A DNA stretch of 64,000 nucleotides from Clostridia bacterium (GCA_045651685.1 JAZRSV010000020.1:4449-68448), one strand, 5' to 3'. Counted from the stretch's first letter, positions 8,941 through 18,185 are shown. Notes: generated by a model not told the origin, from the sequence alone. Program-made: numbers and translations.

Positions 8941-9040
8941 AACGCCCTACCGTTTGGGACTCAGCTGAACAAAAGTGCCTATTTATGCGGGTTATAGGGG
9001 TTCGGATTCCAATCCCAAACGCTCCGCTAAGTGAGATTTT
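8941..9040. ncRNA. Candidate structured RNA or relic element (GC-rich island between two divergent promoters); class and strand unresolved
   Basis: The block is locally GC-rich in an AT-rich spacer. CGTTTGGGA (8951-8959) is perfectly complementary to TCCCAAACG (9013-9021). Inside lie a GGATTCCAATCC hairpin plus CCCTA/TAGGG and GCGG/CCGC pairs. It lies outside both neighbouring predicted transcripts. Confidence 0.3.
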
Positions 9041-9159
9041 GATTTACAATAATAGATACAATCTTTTTCTATGACAGGAATATTTTAGGCTTTGTTATAA
9101 ATAATAAAATGTTATTTCAATTTAATACAAATTTTGAAATTGTGTGTTATAATAAAAAT

Positions 9160-10089
9160 ATGAAAATATTAAATTTTATTGAAGCTTTAACAACCTCTAA
9201 TCAAGAGAAAATGAAGGCGATTCCTAAAGCAGATTTACACAATCATGCGGTTTTTTCTTGTGATAGAGATTACTTAATTAAAAATTGCATAGATATTCCA
9301 TCTAATGAAAGAGTTAATAATATTACTGACTTAATCAACTTTGCAAGAAAATATATAAAACCTTTACAAAATAATATAGAGGGTTTAACCCTATTATTAA
9401 ATGGAACTTTTGAAAAATGTTTAGAAACTGGCGTAAGCATCGTAGATACTGATATCGATTATAAAATTTGTATTCAAGTATTTGATAATGATGTTAATAA
9501 GTTTGTAGAATTTCTTAAAACTTTTAAATACGACCATTTGCAAATTCGTTGGGTCATTGATATTAGCAGAGATAGCTATAATGAAGAATATGAAAATATT
9601 ATTATCGAATTAATAAAGACAAAGTTTTTTTATGGCATTGATTTAACATCAACAGAAAATTATGTTCCAAATTCTAAATTCAAAAATATTTATGATTTTG
9701 CAAATAAAAATGGTTTGACAACCAAAGTTCATTGTGGAGAACAACTCGGAGCATCATATATAAAGCAATGTATCATAGATTTTAATCCAAAACAAATTCA
9801 ACATGGTATTCATATTGTAGAAGATGAAGATGTAATGCAGTTGGCTAAGGAAAGAAATATTATATTTAATGTGTGCCCTACCAGCAACTTAATTTTGAAT
9901 TATGTAAAAGACATTAAAACACATCCAATCAAAAAAATGGTTGATTTTGGATTAAAAATAACTATTGGTACAGACGACTATTTGCTATTTGAAAGCGATC
10001 TAAATGAAGAATATTTAAGTTTGTATAATAACAAAGTTTTAACTGCCGAGCAATTAGATACTATTAGAGAATTCTCATTAACAATCTAA
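9160..10089 (+). CDS. Adenosine/adenine deaminase-family metallo-hydrolase
   Basis: Metal-binding signatures are present: ADLHNH (HxH), KVHCGE (HxxE) and TIGTDD. I moved the start to the ATG at 9160 (MKILNF), which sits 6 nt after TGTTATAAT. Confidence 0.75.
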   Translation: MKILNFIEALTTSNQEKMKAIPKADLHNHAVFSCDRDYLIKNCIDIPSNERVNNITDLINFARKYIKPLQNNIEGLTLLLNGTFEKCLETGVSIVDTDIDYKICIQVFDNDVNKFVEFLKTFKYDHLQIRWVIDISRDSYNEEYENIIIELIKTKFFYGIDLTSTENYVPNSKFKNIYDFANKNGLTTKVHCGEQLGASYIKQCIIDFNPKQIQHGIHIVEDEDVMQLAKERNIIFNVCPTSNLILNYVKDIKTHPIKKMVDFGLKITIGTDDYLLFESDLNEEYLSLYNNKVLTAEQLDTIREFSLTI

Positions 10090-10318
10090 TCGTCATAAGG
10101 TTATTACCAGTTTTTAATTTTGTCAGACAAAACCTAAATCGAAATTGATTTAGGTTTATTTTTTATTATTGGTTTTAATTACTTTTTTAACTTATTGTAC
10201 AATTTATAATAAAATGTTTTTTGATAGTTAGTGTATTAATTAAGATTGCGATGAACTTATAATAATTTTTGCAAAGTTTTTAGTTTTTTAATTTTGTGAA
10301 ATTTGCTACAATATAAAT

Positions 10319-11182
10319 ATGAGAAAGTTTAAGCAAATTTATATAGAAATAACAAACATATGCAATCTTAATTGTTCGTTTTGTCCTAAAAATAATCGTC
10401 CAAAAAAATTTATGACTGTAAGAGAATTTGACACAATTACTGATCAAATATCTCCCCTAACTGACACTATTTGTTTACATCTTATGGGAGAACCATTGTT
10501 GCATCCAAATATAAAAGAGATATTTGAAATTTGCAACAAAAAAAATCTTAATGTTTATTTGACAACTAATGGAACACTTATTAAGCAAAATTTGAACCTA
10601 TTAAAAACTGGTTGTACAAAAAAAATATCTGTTAGTTTGCATAGTTTTGAAGCAAACAAAAGTTTAGGCCTTTTGAACAATTATTTAGAAGATGTGATTT
10701 TTTCTTGTAAAGAAATTGCTGAAAATAGCAAAACCTGCATTGAGTTTAGATTGTGGAATGAGGCCAGCGATAACAATGCAAAAAATACACTAAACAAAGA
10801 TATTATAGAAAAAATAAACAAAACATTTAATACAAATTTAGCTATCAAAAACACACAACAACACATTAGTCTAACCGACACTATTTATATAAGTTTTGCA
10901 GATGTTTTTGAGTGGCCAATTAACACCGAAAACAAAAAAAATAATGCTAGAAAATTTTGCTACGGCTTAAGATCTCATTTTGGCATTTTGTGTGATGGTA
11001 CCGTTGTTGCGTGCTGCCTAGACAGTGAAGGCAAACTTGCACTTGGCAATATTTTTGAAAGCAAAATAGCTGACATCTTAAATACACCACGAGCGCAAAA
11101 TATTTATAAAGGTTTTACCGACAGGAACCCTACAGAAGACTTTTGCAAAAGCTGCACCTATGCCAATAAGTTTATTGGATAA
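10319..11182 (+). CDS. Radical SAM enzyme with C-terminal Cys-rich (SPASM/twitch-like) extension
   Basis: CNLNCSFC is a CxxxCxxC cluster near the N-terminus. C-terminal VVACCLDSEGKLALGNIF ... FCKSCTY. Confidence 0.8.
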   Translation: MRKFKQIYIEITNICNLNCSFCPKNNRPKKFMTVREFDTITDQISPLTDTICLHLMGEPLLHPNIKEIFEICNKKNLNVYLTTNGTLIKQNLNLLKTGCTKKISVSLHSFEANKSLGLLNNYLEDVIFSCKEIAENSKTCIEFRLWNEASDNNAKNTLNKDIIEKINKTFNTNLAIKNTQQHISLTDTIYISFADVFEWPINTENKKNNARKFCYGLRSHFGILCDGTVVACCLDSEGKLALGNIFESKIADILNTPRAQNIYKGFTDRNPTEDFCKSCTYANKFIG

Positions 11183-11280
11183 ACAGCATTTGATAGTTTA
11201 ATATTGCAATACCAACATTTATTTTTGTTAATTTCTTGACTTTAGCCAACTAAAACTTTAGAATAACTACGAGGATAATT

Positions 11281-11868
11281 ATGGATAAGCAAATAAAAAG
11301 AAAAAATGTATCTTTGAATCTATACAGCGATGATGTTTATTGCTACTATGGTACAGATTCGGGAGCTATACTAAACACAGATATTTCTTCTACTATAGAA
11401 GAGCGTGCAAACAACCACAAGATAAAAGAAAAACTTTCTATTAATTTTCAAACATACAAAGAGTCTCCTATTAACCAAGAAGAGTTTGTTAATGCGTATC
11501 ACAATACATTTTCAAGCAAAATTAAAACAAAAAAACACGAGTTTAAGCGCTGCTTAATAACAGGCATCATTCTTTTGCTTGTTGGTTTGGCGATGCTATG
11601 CTTTGATGTATTTATTGAAAATAAAGTTTCTTATTTTTGGTTTGAGTTTTTTAATGTATTTTCTTGGGTATTTTGTTGGGGCGCTATAGAAGTATTAACT
11701 ATACAATTAATACAAATACAAATGGAGATAAACAAAATCAAAAAGATAACAGAAGCTGATATAACTTTTACTTCTACAAGTCTTCATCCAGCAGTAAAAG
11801 CTCGCAAAACTACTGCTAGCAAAACTACAAAGAAAGAAAAAACAGCTACCGAAAAAACTGAAAAGTAA
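11281..11868 (+). CDS. Hypothetical membrane protein (2 TM) with Lys/Thr-rich tail
   Basis: GAGGA SD. Hydrophobic segments ITGIILLLVGLAMLCFDVFI and FNVFSWVFCWGAIEVLTI. Confidence 0.55.
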   Translation: MDKQIKRKNVSLNLYSDDVYCYYGTDSGAILNTDISSTIEERANNHKIKEKLSINFQTYKESPINQEEFVNAYHNTFSSKIKTKKHEFKRCLITGIILLLVGLAMLCFDVFIENKVSYFWFEFFNVFSWVFCWGAIEVLTIQLIQIQMEINKIKKITEADITFTSTSLHPAVKARKTTASKTTKKEKTATEKTEK

Positions 11869-11872
11869 AAAA

Positions 11873-11901
11873 CAAAACTGGGTACAATTGCCCAGTTTTT
11901 T
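11873..11901 (+). terminator. Intrinsic terminator
   Basis: CTGGG (11878-11882) pairs with CCCAG (11891-11895), followed by a T-run. Confidence 0.7.
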
Positions 11902-11964
11902 ATATTATTTATTTTAATAAACATAGTATATAATAAAACTCCTGATATTGTCAGGAGTTTTTGT

Positions 11965-12678
11965 TTATTGTATAACTGTTTGTTCTTGTTTGTTAGATTG
12001 CAAATTGTCTACTAATTGATTATTAGCTATACTTGTGTCTTGGTCTTGGGAGTCTTGTTTTTCTAACATTTCGACATATTCTTCTAAACATAAACCACTT
12101 TGATTGATTGCTTTTGCATTTTCTTGGCCTACATATCTGATGTGCCATCTTTCTGGTCTAACGCCTGTTTTGTCTTGCTTTTCGGCAGTGTAGCGTACTA
12201 TAAAACCAAATTGCTCTAATTCTTGGTGCAATAAGGCATACATTTGCTTTTTTTGCTCGGCATCTGGTTGTTTTAGATAAGCTAATCTTTCTGGCAATGG
12301 CAATTTGTCAATAAGTGCTTGTACCATGGCAGAATGTGCAAACTCTGGATGCACATCAAGCGCCAAACCTGTATGATGTTCGCTTGTGCCAGGCTTTGCT
12401 ACTGTTTTTTGAGTTTCTTCTTCGGAGTGAGTTTTTCTAAACTCGTCCATTACTTGTTGTTGAGTCTCTACACTACGACCAGCAGAAACCAAAAACAAAG
12501 CTATATTATATTTTTCTAACATGTGTTGTTTTAGTTGCATGTATGCTTGGTGAGTTTCGCGCTCTATATATGTCTTTCCATCGGTATCTCTTATTGTGTC
12601 AAAATCAAATTGTTTTAACATCTCCGGATCAAAGACATTATCTTTGTTGACAAGCCATAGGTATTTGTCTTTTGTCAT
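11965..12678 (-). CDS. VanY/M15-family D-alanyl-D-alanine carboxypeptidase
   Basis: SAGRSVETQ, PGTSEHHTGLALDV and ERWHIRYVG match the M15B zinc-peptidase motifs. Confidence 0.8.
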   Translation of the reverse strand: MTKDKYLWLVNKDNVFDPEMLKQFDFDTIRDTDGKTYIERETHQAYMQLKQHMLEKYNIALFLVSAGRSVETQQQVMDEFRKTHSEEETQKTVAKPGTSEHHTGLALDVHPEFAHSAMVQALIDKLPLPERLAYLKQPDAEQKKQMYALLHQELEQFGFIVRYTAEKQDKTGVRPERWHIRYVGQENAKAINQSGLCLEEYVEMLEKQDSQDQDTSIANNQLVDNLQSNKQEQTVIQ

Positions 12679-12846
12679 ATGTATATCTCCTATTATTTAT
12701 TTTATCATACTTTGAGCAAAAATAAAAGTTCTAATTTTTTAATGCCCTATAGGGCAATTTTTATTCTAGACAAAATGCAAAACATGGCCTTTTATATTTG
12801 TCTTTTTTTATAATATTATTTACAATAAACATAGGAGAAAAAAGAC

Positions 12847-13428
12847 ATGTCAAAGTTGTATTTTAAGTATGGCGCTATGGGTAGCTCAAAAACTGCACAA
12901 GCTCTTATGACAAGATTTAATTATCTACAAAAAGGTTATGAAGTTTTGCTAATAAAACCAGTTATAGACAATAGAGATGTTGTTGATGGTGAGATTGTTG
13001 TAAAAAGTAGAATTGGCATATATGCAAAATGCAAAGTTTTTGACAAAAACACTAACTTGTATGACTTTATTGCAGAGCATAACTTTTTGACTGGTAAAAA
13101 AGTTGTTATTGTTGATGAAGTACAATTTTGCACAGAACAACAAATCGACCAACTACATGATGTGTCTACACAAGTACCAGTTTTGTGTTATGGCCTACTT
13201 ACCAACTTTAAGACAAAATTGTTTGAAGGTTCAAAACGCCTTGTAGAAGTAGCAGAATCTATAAGCGAGATAAAGTCGGTATGTCACTGTGGTAGAAAAG
13301 CTACCATTAATGGCAGATTTGTAGATAACAAACTTGTATCTGATGGCGCAGAAATCTCTATTGGCGCAGAAGAGTCTTATATGAGTATGTGCTACACTTG
13401 TTATAAAGCATTAAAAGATAAAAATTAA
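12847..13428 (+). CDS. tdk: Thymidine kinase
   Basis: P-loop GAMGSSKT, VVIVDEVQF, and a C-terminal zinc site (CHCGRKA ... CYTCY). The length of 193 aa is typical. Confidence 0.93.
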   Translation: MSKLYFKYGAMGSSKTAQALMTRFNYLQKGYEVLLIKPVIDNRDVVDGEIVVKSRIGIYAKCKVFDKNTNLYDFIAEHNFLTGKKVVIVDEVQFCTEQQIDQLHDVSTQVPVLCYGLLTNFKTKLFEGSKRLVEVAESISEIKSVCHCGRKATINGRFVDNKLVSDGAEISIGAEESYMSMCYTCYKALKDKN

Positions 13429-13499
13429 CACAAAACAATATTGATAAAATAAAAAGAATCCAAATAAAATTTGGATTCTTTTTTGTTTGTTATGCTCAA

Positions 13500-14765
13500 T
13501 TATTTTGTAATTGTGATAGCAGAACCTACTGCTGAAGTATAAGTTGCATCTGCCAAAGCAACATTGTCTACAGTATTGACACTTACTGTGATACTAGAAA
13601 CTGCATCGATGTTGTTTTCTGTTTTTACAAGTTGACCATCACCATTAGTTGCATTAGTAAATGTGTTATTGCTAATAGTGACAGTTGCATTGTCTAAAAT
13701 ATAAAATCTAATAGCTCTGTTAGAAACATCTCTAATAACATTGCCGTCGATTAATACAACACCTCTTGTTTGACCACCTTGCAAGTTGATTGCGTTGTGA
13801 ATAGTGTTTTTGATAGTGTTGTTTGTAATTGTCACATTGTTTGCACTGTCACAGATAATACCTTGGAAATGACCATCAATAACGCAGTTATTAATTGTTA
13901 TGTTCTTTTTGTTATCAGCAGCATAATCGATTTGTCCATCATTTCTAAAAGAAATACCAGCAAAACCGGTTGAGCCACCATTAAATGACCATGGAGTGTC
14001 TGTGATAAATGTGCAACTTTCTACAGTTATATCTTCGACTTGATCTGTATAGGTACTACCAACCAAAATTCTACCATACTCGCCAGCAAAATCCATATTT
14101 ACAAATTTAACATTTTTCATATTAATATGATCTGCATAAGCAGTATCTTCTACACCAACTGTAGATGTAAGTGGTACAACATTAGCAACTGGGATATTTC
14201 TGATAATATCAAAGTCATTAAGAATAGTGTCTGATAAGCCAGTTTCTAAATCGTCAAGATAGTTATATTGGATATAGTCTTTTGATTGAATTGAAAATAG
14301 ACCTCTAAAATTAGCGCCGTCTACACCAGCAAAAGTGACATTAGTAAGATCTCTTACATAGTGGTAAGAACCAGTATTTGTAAGAGCGCCAACTTCTACT
14401 TCGGTAGCTCTGTCTAGTCTATCTGATGTATTGTATGCATAGATAGCTGATAGTGTTGCTCTAGTTGGTCTAACTTTTAATGCGCCATAGTCACCAGCGC
14501 TAAATACAACTGTTTTGCCGTTGATATCGCTATCAAGAGCTGCTTGTGCATTAGTTGGGGTCACTATAACTGCATCTTTAATCTCTTCTTTTGCAGTGTC
14601 GCCACATGAACATTTTGTTGTGTAATAAGCAGTGCCTTTTTCGATAACTACTTCGTTAGTATTAACATGAGCATGGGTGTGTTTTTCGTTACAACCAGTC
14701 AATGCAAATACACCAGGTATTAGCAAAAATGCCGCCAACACAAATGATAAAAACTTCTTTTTCAT
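13500..14765 (-). CDS. Lipoprotein with right-handed parallel beta-helix repeats
   Basis: Signal peptide plus lipobox (FALTGC). Repeated NNxxI/V...N beta-helix turns (ITINNCVIDGHFQGIICDSANNVTITNNTIKNTIHNAINL). Confidence 0.65.
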   Translation of the reverse strand: MKKKFLSFVLAAFLLIPGVFALTGCNEKHTHAHVNTNEVVIEKGTAYYTTKCSCGDTAKEEIKDAVIVTPTNAQAALDSDINGKTVVFSAGDYGALKVRPTRATLSAIYAYNTSDRLDRATEVEVGALTNTGSYHYVRDLTNVTFAGVDGANFRGLFSIQSKDYIQYNYLDDLETGLSDTILNDFDIIRNIPVANVVPLTSTVGVEDTAYADHINMKNVKFVNMDFAGEYGRILVGSTYTDQVEDITVESCTFITDTPWSFNGGSTGFAGISFRNDGQIDYAADNKKNITINNCVIDGHFQGIICDSANNVTITNNTIKNTIHNAINLQGGQTRGVVLIDGNVIRDVSNRAIRFYILDNATVTISNNTFTNATNGDGQLVKTENNIDAVSSITVSVNTVDNVALADATYTSAVGSAITITK

Positions 14766-14889
14766 ATTTGTCCTCCTAAATATATTTATTAATATCTTAT
14801 CACTATAGATAGTATAATATTTTTTATTTTATTGTGTCAACAAAATACACTTTTATGTGTTTTATTTTACAATTTACAAACTACTATTA

Positions 14890-15225
14890 TTATCTTGCTA
14901 AACTAAAGTCTTCTGGCGAAGTGGTATCGTCTTTGCCATTGTAGATATCTATAAAAATATCATACACATGATAAAAATTTTTGCTTTTGTCAATACATAC
15001 AAATATTGCATATTGATCTATCATGTGCCCAGAGTTTTGGTCATAATGACTACCAACCCGTGTGTATTTCTGTAAGTTGCCGTGTTGATGACGCAGGTCG
15101 GTTAGATAATTATGCAAGCCAATCACATTAAAAACTTTTATTGGATTTTCTTTGCAATAACCATATCCGTCTTTTTTTATTTTTTCAAACTTGGGCAAAT
15201 TAAAAATTATTTGATCTATTGTCAT
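14890..15225 (-). CDS. Hypothetical protein (111 aa)
   Basis: I set the start to the ATG at 15225 (MTIDQ), preceded by a GGAGGG SD. Confidence 0.5.
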   Translation of the reverse strand: MTIDQIIFNLPKFEKIKKDGYGYCKENPIKVFNVIGLHNYLTDLRHQHGNLQKYTRVGSHYDQNSGHMIDQYAIFVCIDKSKNFYHVYDIFIDIYNGKDDTTSPEDFSLAR

Positions 15226-15390
15226 AAATATACCCTCCAATATAATTATAACAAATATCTTGTACCATAATTAGACCAAGCAAAAAAATATTTGTATAAG
15301 CAATTTTTTTGTGTTGATTGTTTGTTTTTTTTACCTTATATTGTTATACTATAGGCGTTCAAAAATTATATACAGACAAAGGTGTTTTTT

Positions 15391-16098
15391 ATGAATTTTG
15401 TTTATTTTTTGATATTTAGTGTAGTTATATTTTTGCTATCACTTATCAGCTACGAAAAGTTTAGAACAACCACCCTTTATGCTTTAGCTATAGGCGGTGC
15501 TGTAAATGCAAACTTTTTTCATGCGGGCAATTATCCTATCAACTGCTTTGGTTTGCCATTTGGTATAGATAGCATAATTTATTCTGTATTTGCTTTTTGT
15601 GTAGTTGTTATGTTTTTGAAAGCTAACAAAAAAGAAGCTTACATATTGATGTTTTCTAGCGTTATTGCTATTATGTTTTCGGCTTGCATGCAACTTGTTG
15701 CAGATTTGTTTACAAAGGGATCTTCTCTTGCTATATGGCAAACTTTCTTTTGCTTTTGTGTTAGTTCTGCAGCGACTGTTATTGCAGTATGTGAGATGCT
15801 AGAGATATTGCAAAAGTTAAAAGAAAAAGGACTAAACCAATATCTTTTGATGGTTATTGGTATGGCTATTGTATTGTTTATCAATAGTATTATTTATTAT
15901 CCTATCATTGTATTGATTAGTGGCACTCCTGCCAACCTATGGCAACAACTACTGACATCTGTTATTGGCAAAGCAATTGGCATTGTATGTGCGATAGGTT
16001 CTTTGTACTTAATGAGCAAACTAGATATAGCAATACAAAAAAGAAAAGACAAAAAAGAATTAAGCAAGGTAGCTAAAAATAACGAAACCGAAAATTAG
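15391..16098 (+). CDS. Multi-pass membrane protein, unknown function
   Basis: About 6 hydrophobic segments. ATG at 15391 follows AAAGGTG. A terminator hairpin follows at ~16108-16140. Confidence 0.55.
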   Translation: MNFVYFLIFSVVIFLLSLISYEKFRTTTLYALAIGGAVNANFFHAGNYPINCFGLPFGIDSIIYSVFAFCVVVMFLKANKKEAYILMFSSVIAIMFSACMQLVADLFTKGSSLAIWQTFFCFCVSSAATVIAVCEMLEILQKLKEKGLNQYLLMVIGMAIVLFINSIIYYPIIVLISGTPANLWQQLLTSVIGKAIGIVCAIGSLYLMSKLDIAIQKRKDKKELSKVAKNNETEN

Positions 16099-16145
16099 AT
16101 AATAAAAAAGCGAAGAGATATATTTTTTCTCTTCGCTTTTATTTT

Positions 16146-16844
16146 TTATTGAACTGGGGTTTGGTTAGGATCTTGCGTAAGCATATTGTCCATTTTGTCT
16201 AGCAACTTAAGAGAGTTTTGGGTCATCTCTGGATTTTGAGCTAGATTGTCTGCTCTACCAACCATAATAAGTTGACTAAGCAATTCTTTGCCACTACCCA
16301 CACCGACATTATCATAACTGTCTACCAACTCTTGGACAAGTGGATATGATAGTGCCTTGTGATGTTTGTTATTGTCTGGGTCTAGAGTTATAAACATAAA
16401 TATATCATGCTCATGTACTAGATGTTTGATTTTGGTTTGTTCGTCTGCGTCAAAACCAAATTGACCAAGCACTCTATCGGCAATTTTTACACTTGCTTTG
16501 TTGTGGTTAAAAAAGCTGTCTATCTCTCTGCCATAAAGCTTTGAGTAGCGTCTTAAGTGAGTTTCTGGTTTGCCAATGTCATGCAAAAACATGGTATAAG
16601 CAAGTTGTCTGCGGGTTGCATCATCAAGATCTTTTGTTTGGCTATTAATACTCTCAACAGAGTGCAAAATATGATCTAAACAACCATAGACATGCCAAGG
16701 GTTGTCTTGCTTAAGTTGTTTGGCATCTTCTATCTCTGGCAATATACCAACTAGCCAGCTCTTAAACTCTGGGTCTTGATATTGTTTGTAAAAGTCTTGT
16801 GTTGCATTGTCGCTTAATAAAACTTTGTCTAATGTTTTTAACAT
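16146..16844 (-). CDS. HD-domain phosphohydrolase
   Basis: H...HD signature (HILHS ... FLHDIGKP). GGGAGA SD. Confidence 0.72.
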   Translation of the reverse strand: MLKTLDKVLLSDNATQDFYKQYQDPEFKSWLVGILPEIEDAKQLKQDNPWHVYGCLDHILHSVESINSQTKDLDDATRRQLAYTMFLHDIGKPETHLRRYSKLYGREIDSFFNHNKASVKIADRVLGQFGFDADEQTKIKHLVHEHDIFMFITLDPDNNKHHKALSYPLVQELVDSYDNVGVGSGKELLSQLIMVGRADNLAQNPEMTQNSLKLLDKMDNMLTQDPNQTPVQ

Positions 16845-16979
16845 AATATTCTCCCTATATATACATTATAACATATATCTAACAAAAAATCACTACTTGT
16901 TTTAGACAATGTGCCAGAAGCAAAAATTTTTGAATGCTTTGTTGTTGACAAACTTTACAAAGTATCGTATGATAATACC

Positions 16980-17024
16980 ATACAGGATACAGAACGATTT
17001 ATCGGCATCCTGTATATTTTTTTT
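16980..17024 (+). ncRNA. Candidate very short transcript: orphan promoter immediately followed by an intrinsic terminator
   Basis: TTGACA (16945-16950), a 17-nt spacer, TATGAT (16968-16973). Then hairpin ATACAGGAT (16980-16988) / ATCCTGTAT (17007-17015) followed by T8 (17017-24). There is no plus-strand gene upstream. Confidence 0.25.
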
Positions 17025-17176
17025 ATTTAAATGGAGTTTTTGCCTAAAAATATGTAGAAGATTATAAAGATAAATTAAACAAAAGCTATTCTTAAAAAAG
17101 ATAAAACCAAGCAAATTTTTGCTTGGTTTTTACTTTTCGCTAGTTTCAATTTGGCTAGGTCCTTCTTTTACTTTTA

Positions 17177-17581
17177 TTATTTTGCGTATTTATCTACTAC
17201 CAATTGTGCTACAGGCACATCTGCTGCTGCCCATTCTAAACTCATCATCTCTGCAGGAGTTAGCCACTTGATACCTTTGTGTACATTCATCTTCATCTCT
17301 TTAGAGATAAGTGTGCACTCGTACACTGCCATTGATAGGTGAAAATCTGGATAGTCATGCTCTACTTGATAAAAGAAGTTGTTAATTTCTACATCTATTT
17401 CTAATTCTTCGTGTAGTTCTCTTGTCAAAGTTTGCTCTCTTGTTTCGCCTTCTTCTACTTTGCCACCAGGAAACTCCCACTTAAAAGATACATAATCATA
17501 TTTGCCTTGATCTCTTAATGTGCAAAGAATTTTGCCTTCTTCATTTTTTATAACACCTGCTACTGTTGTAATTGTTTTCAT
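17177..17581 (-). CDS. mutT: NUDIX hydrolase, MutT-like (8-oxo-dGTP diphosphatase type)
   Basis: Nudix box GGKVEEGETREQTLTRELHEELEI. The size of 134 aa fits. Confidence 0.82.
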   Translation of the reverse strand: MKTITTVAGVIKNEEGKILCTLRDQGKYDYVSFKWEFPGGKVEEGETREQTLTRELHEELEIDVEINNFFYQVEHDYPDFHLSMAVYECTLISKEMKMNVHKGIKWLTPAEMMSLEWAAADVPVAQLVVDKYAK

Positions 17582-17640
17582 TGTTTTTCTCCTTGTTTGT
17601 TTTACATTATTAATATATCACACTTTTTTTAGTTTGTAAA

Positions 17641-17670
17641 TAGTTTTTTCTAGTTTTTTCTAGTTTTTTC
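17641..17670. repeat. Three perfect tandem copies of TAGTTTTTTC (10-bp period), flanked by degenerate copies
   Basis: Read directly. Degenerate units are tagtttgtaaa (~17630), tagttttatt (17681) and tagtttttgt (17691). Confidence 0.9.
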
Positions 17671-17733
17671 AAAATATTTTTAGTTTTATTTAGTTTTTGT
17701 TGCTTTTATTGTAAGATATGGTATAATAAAAGT

Positions 17734-18174
17734 ATGAATTACGAAGAAGAAATAATTAACCTAAAAAAACGAATAGACGAGTTGGAGAGAGCACTTGCTA
17801 TAAAATCTCAACCAAAAACCGAACCAACAAACACCAACAGAGACAAAACAAAATACATGTTTGAAGGCAAGGTTTATCCAAAAAATAGACTTGTGCTTGC
17901 TATTATCAAAAGATATGCCTGCGAGCACAACCCTACCTTTGACGAGCTTGCCAATGTTTTTGACAAGTCTTTGCAAGGATCTTTGGGTGTGGTAGAGCTA
18001 TATGACAACGCTGCAAAAGTTAGCGATGCTGCAAAAAGATATTTTATGCAAGATGCCGATGTACTAACTCTAGATGGACACAAAGTTGTTGTGTGTACCC
18101 AATGGGGCATCTTTAATATTGTAAAGTTTGTTAAGCGTGCGCAATCTTTGGGTTTTGATATAGAAACTATTTAA
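17734..18174 (+). CDS. Hypothetical protein (146 aa), N-terminal coiled coil
   Basis: No SD is present, and the ATG lies 6 nt after TATAAT (17722-17727). Confidence 0.5.
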   Translation: MNYEEEIINLKKRIDELERALAIKSQPKTEPTNTNRDKTKYMFEGKVYPKNRLVLAIIKRYACEHNPTFDELANVFDKSLQGSLGVVELYDNAAKVSDAAKRYFMQDADVLTLDGHKVVVCTQWGIFNIVKFVKRAQSLGFDIETI

Positions 18175-18185
18175 CAAAAAAGACT

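Noticed and set aside
8990-9021. tRNA-like T-loop string GGTTCGGATTCC suggesting a tRNA gene or tRNA-derived att site
   Set aside because: I could not build a 5-bp T-stem, an acceptor stem or an anticodon arm on either strand. I treat it as a coincidental resemblance inside the unexplained element.
8877-9074. 65-aa plus-strand ORF covering the GC-rich element, and the idea that this element is a purine riboswitch for the downstream deaminase gene
   Set aside because: The ORF has no SD and low-complexity content. The deaminase appears to start at 9160 from a promoter at ~9120-9153, so the element lies upstream of that transcript. It also does not match the purine riboswitch consensus (no UAUAAUC...GGAUAUGG...CCGUAAAU pattern).
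15241-15390. preQ1-type riboswitch upstream of the multi-pass membrane protein (a possible VUT/YhhQ-like transporter)
   Set aside because: The leader lacks the preQ1-I consensus (CCC-UCUAUAAAAAACUA context), and the protein could not be assigned confidently to the VUT family.
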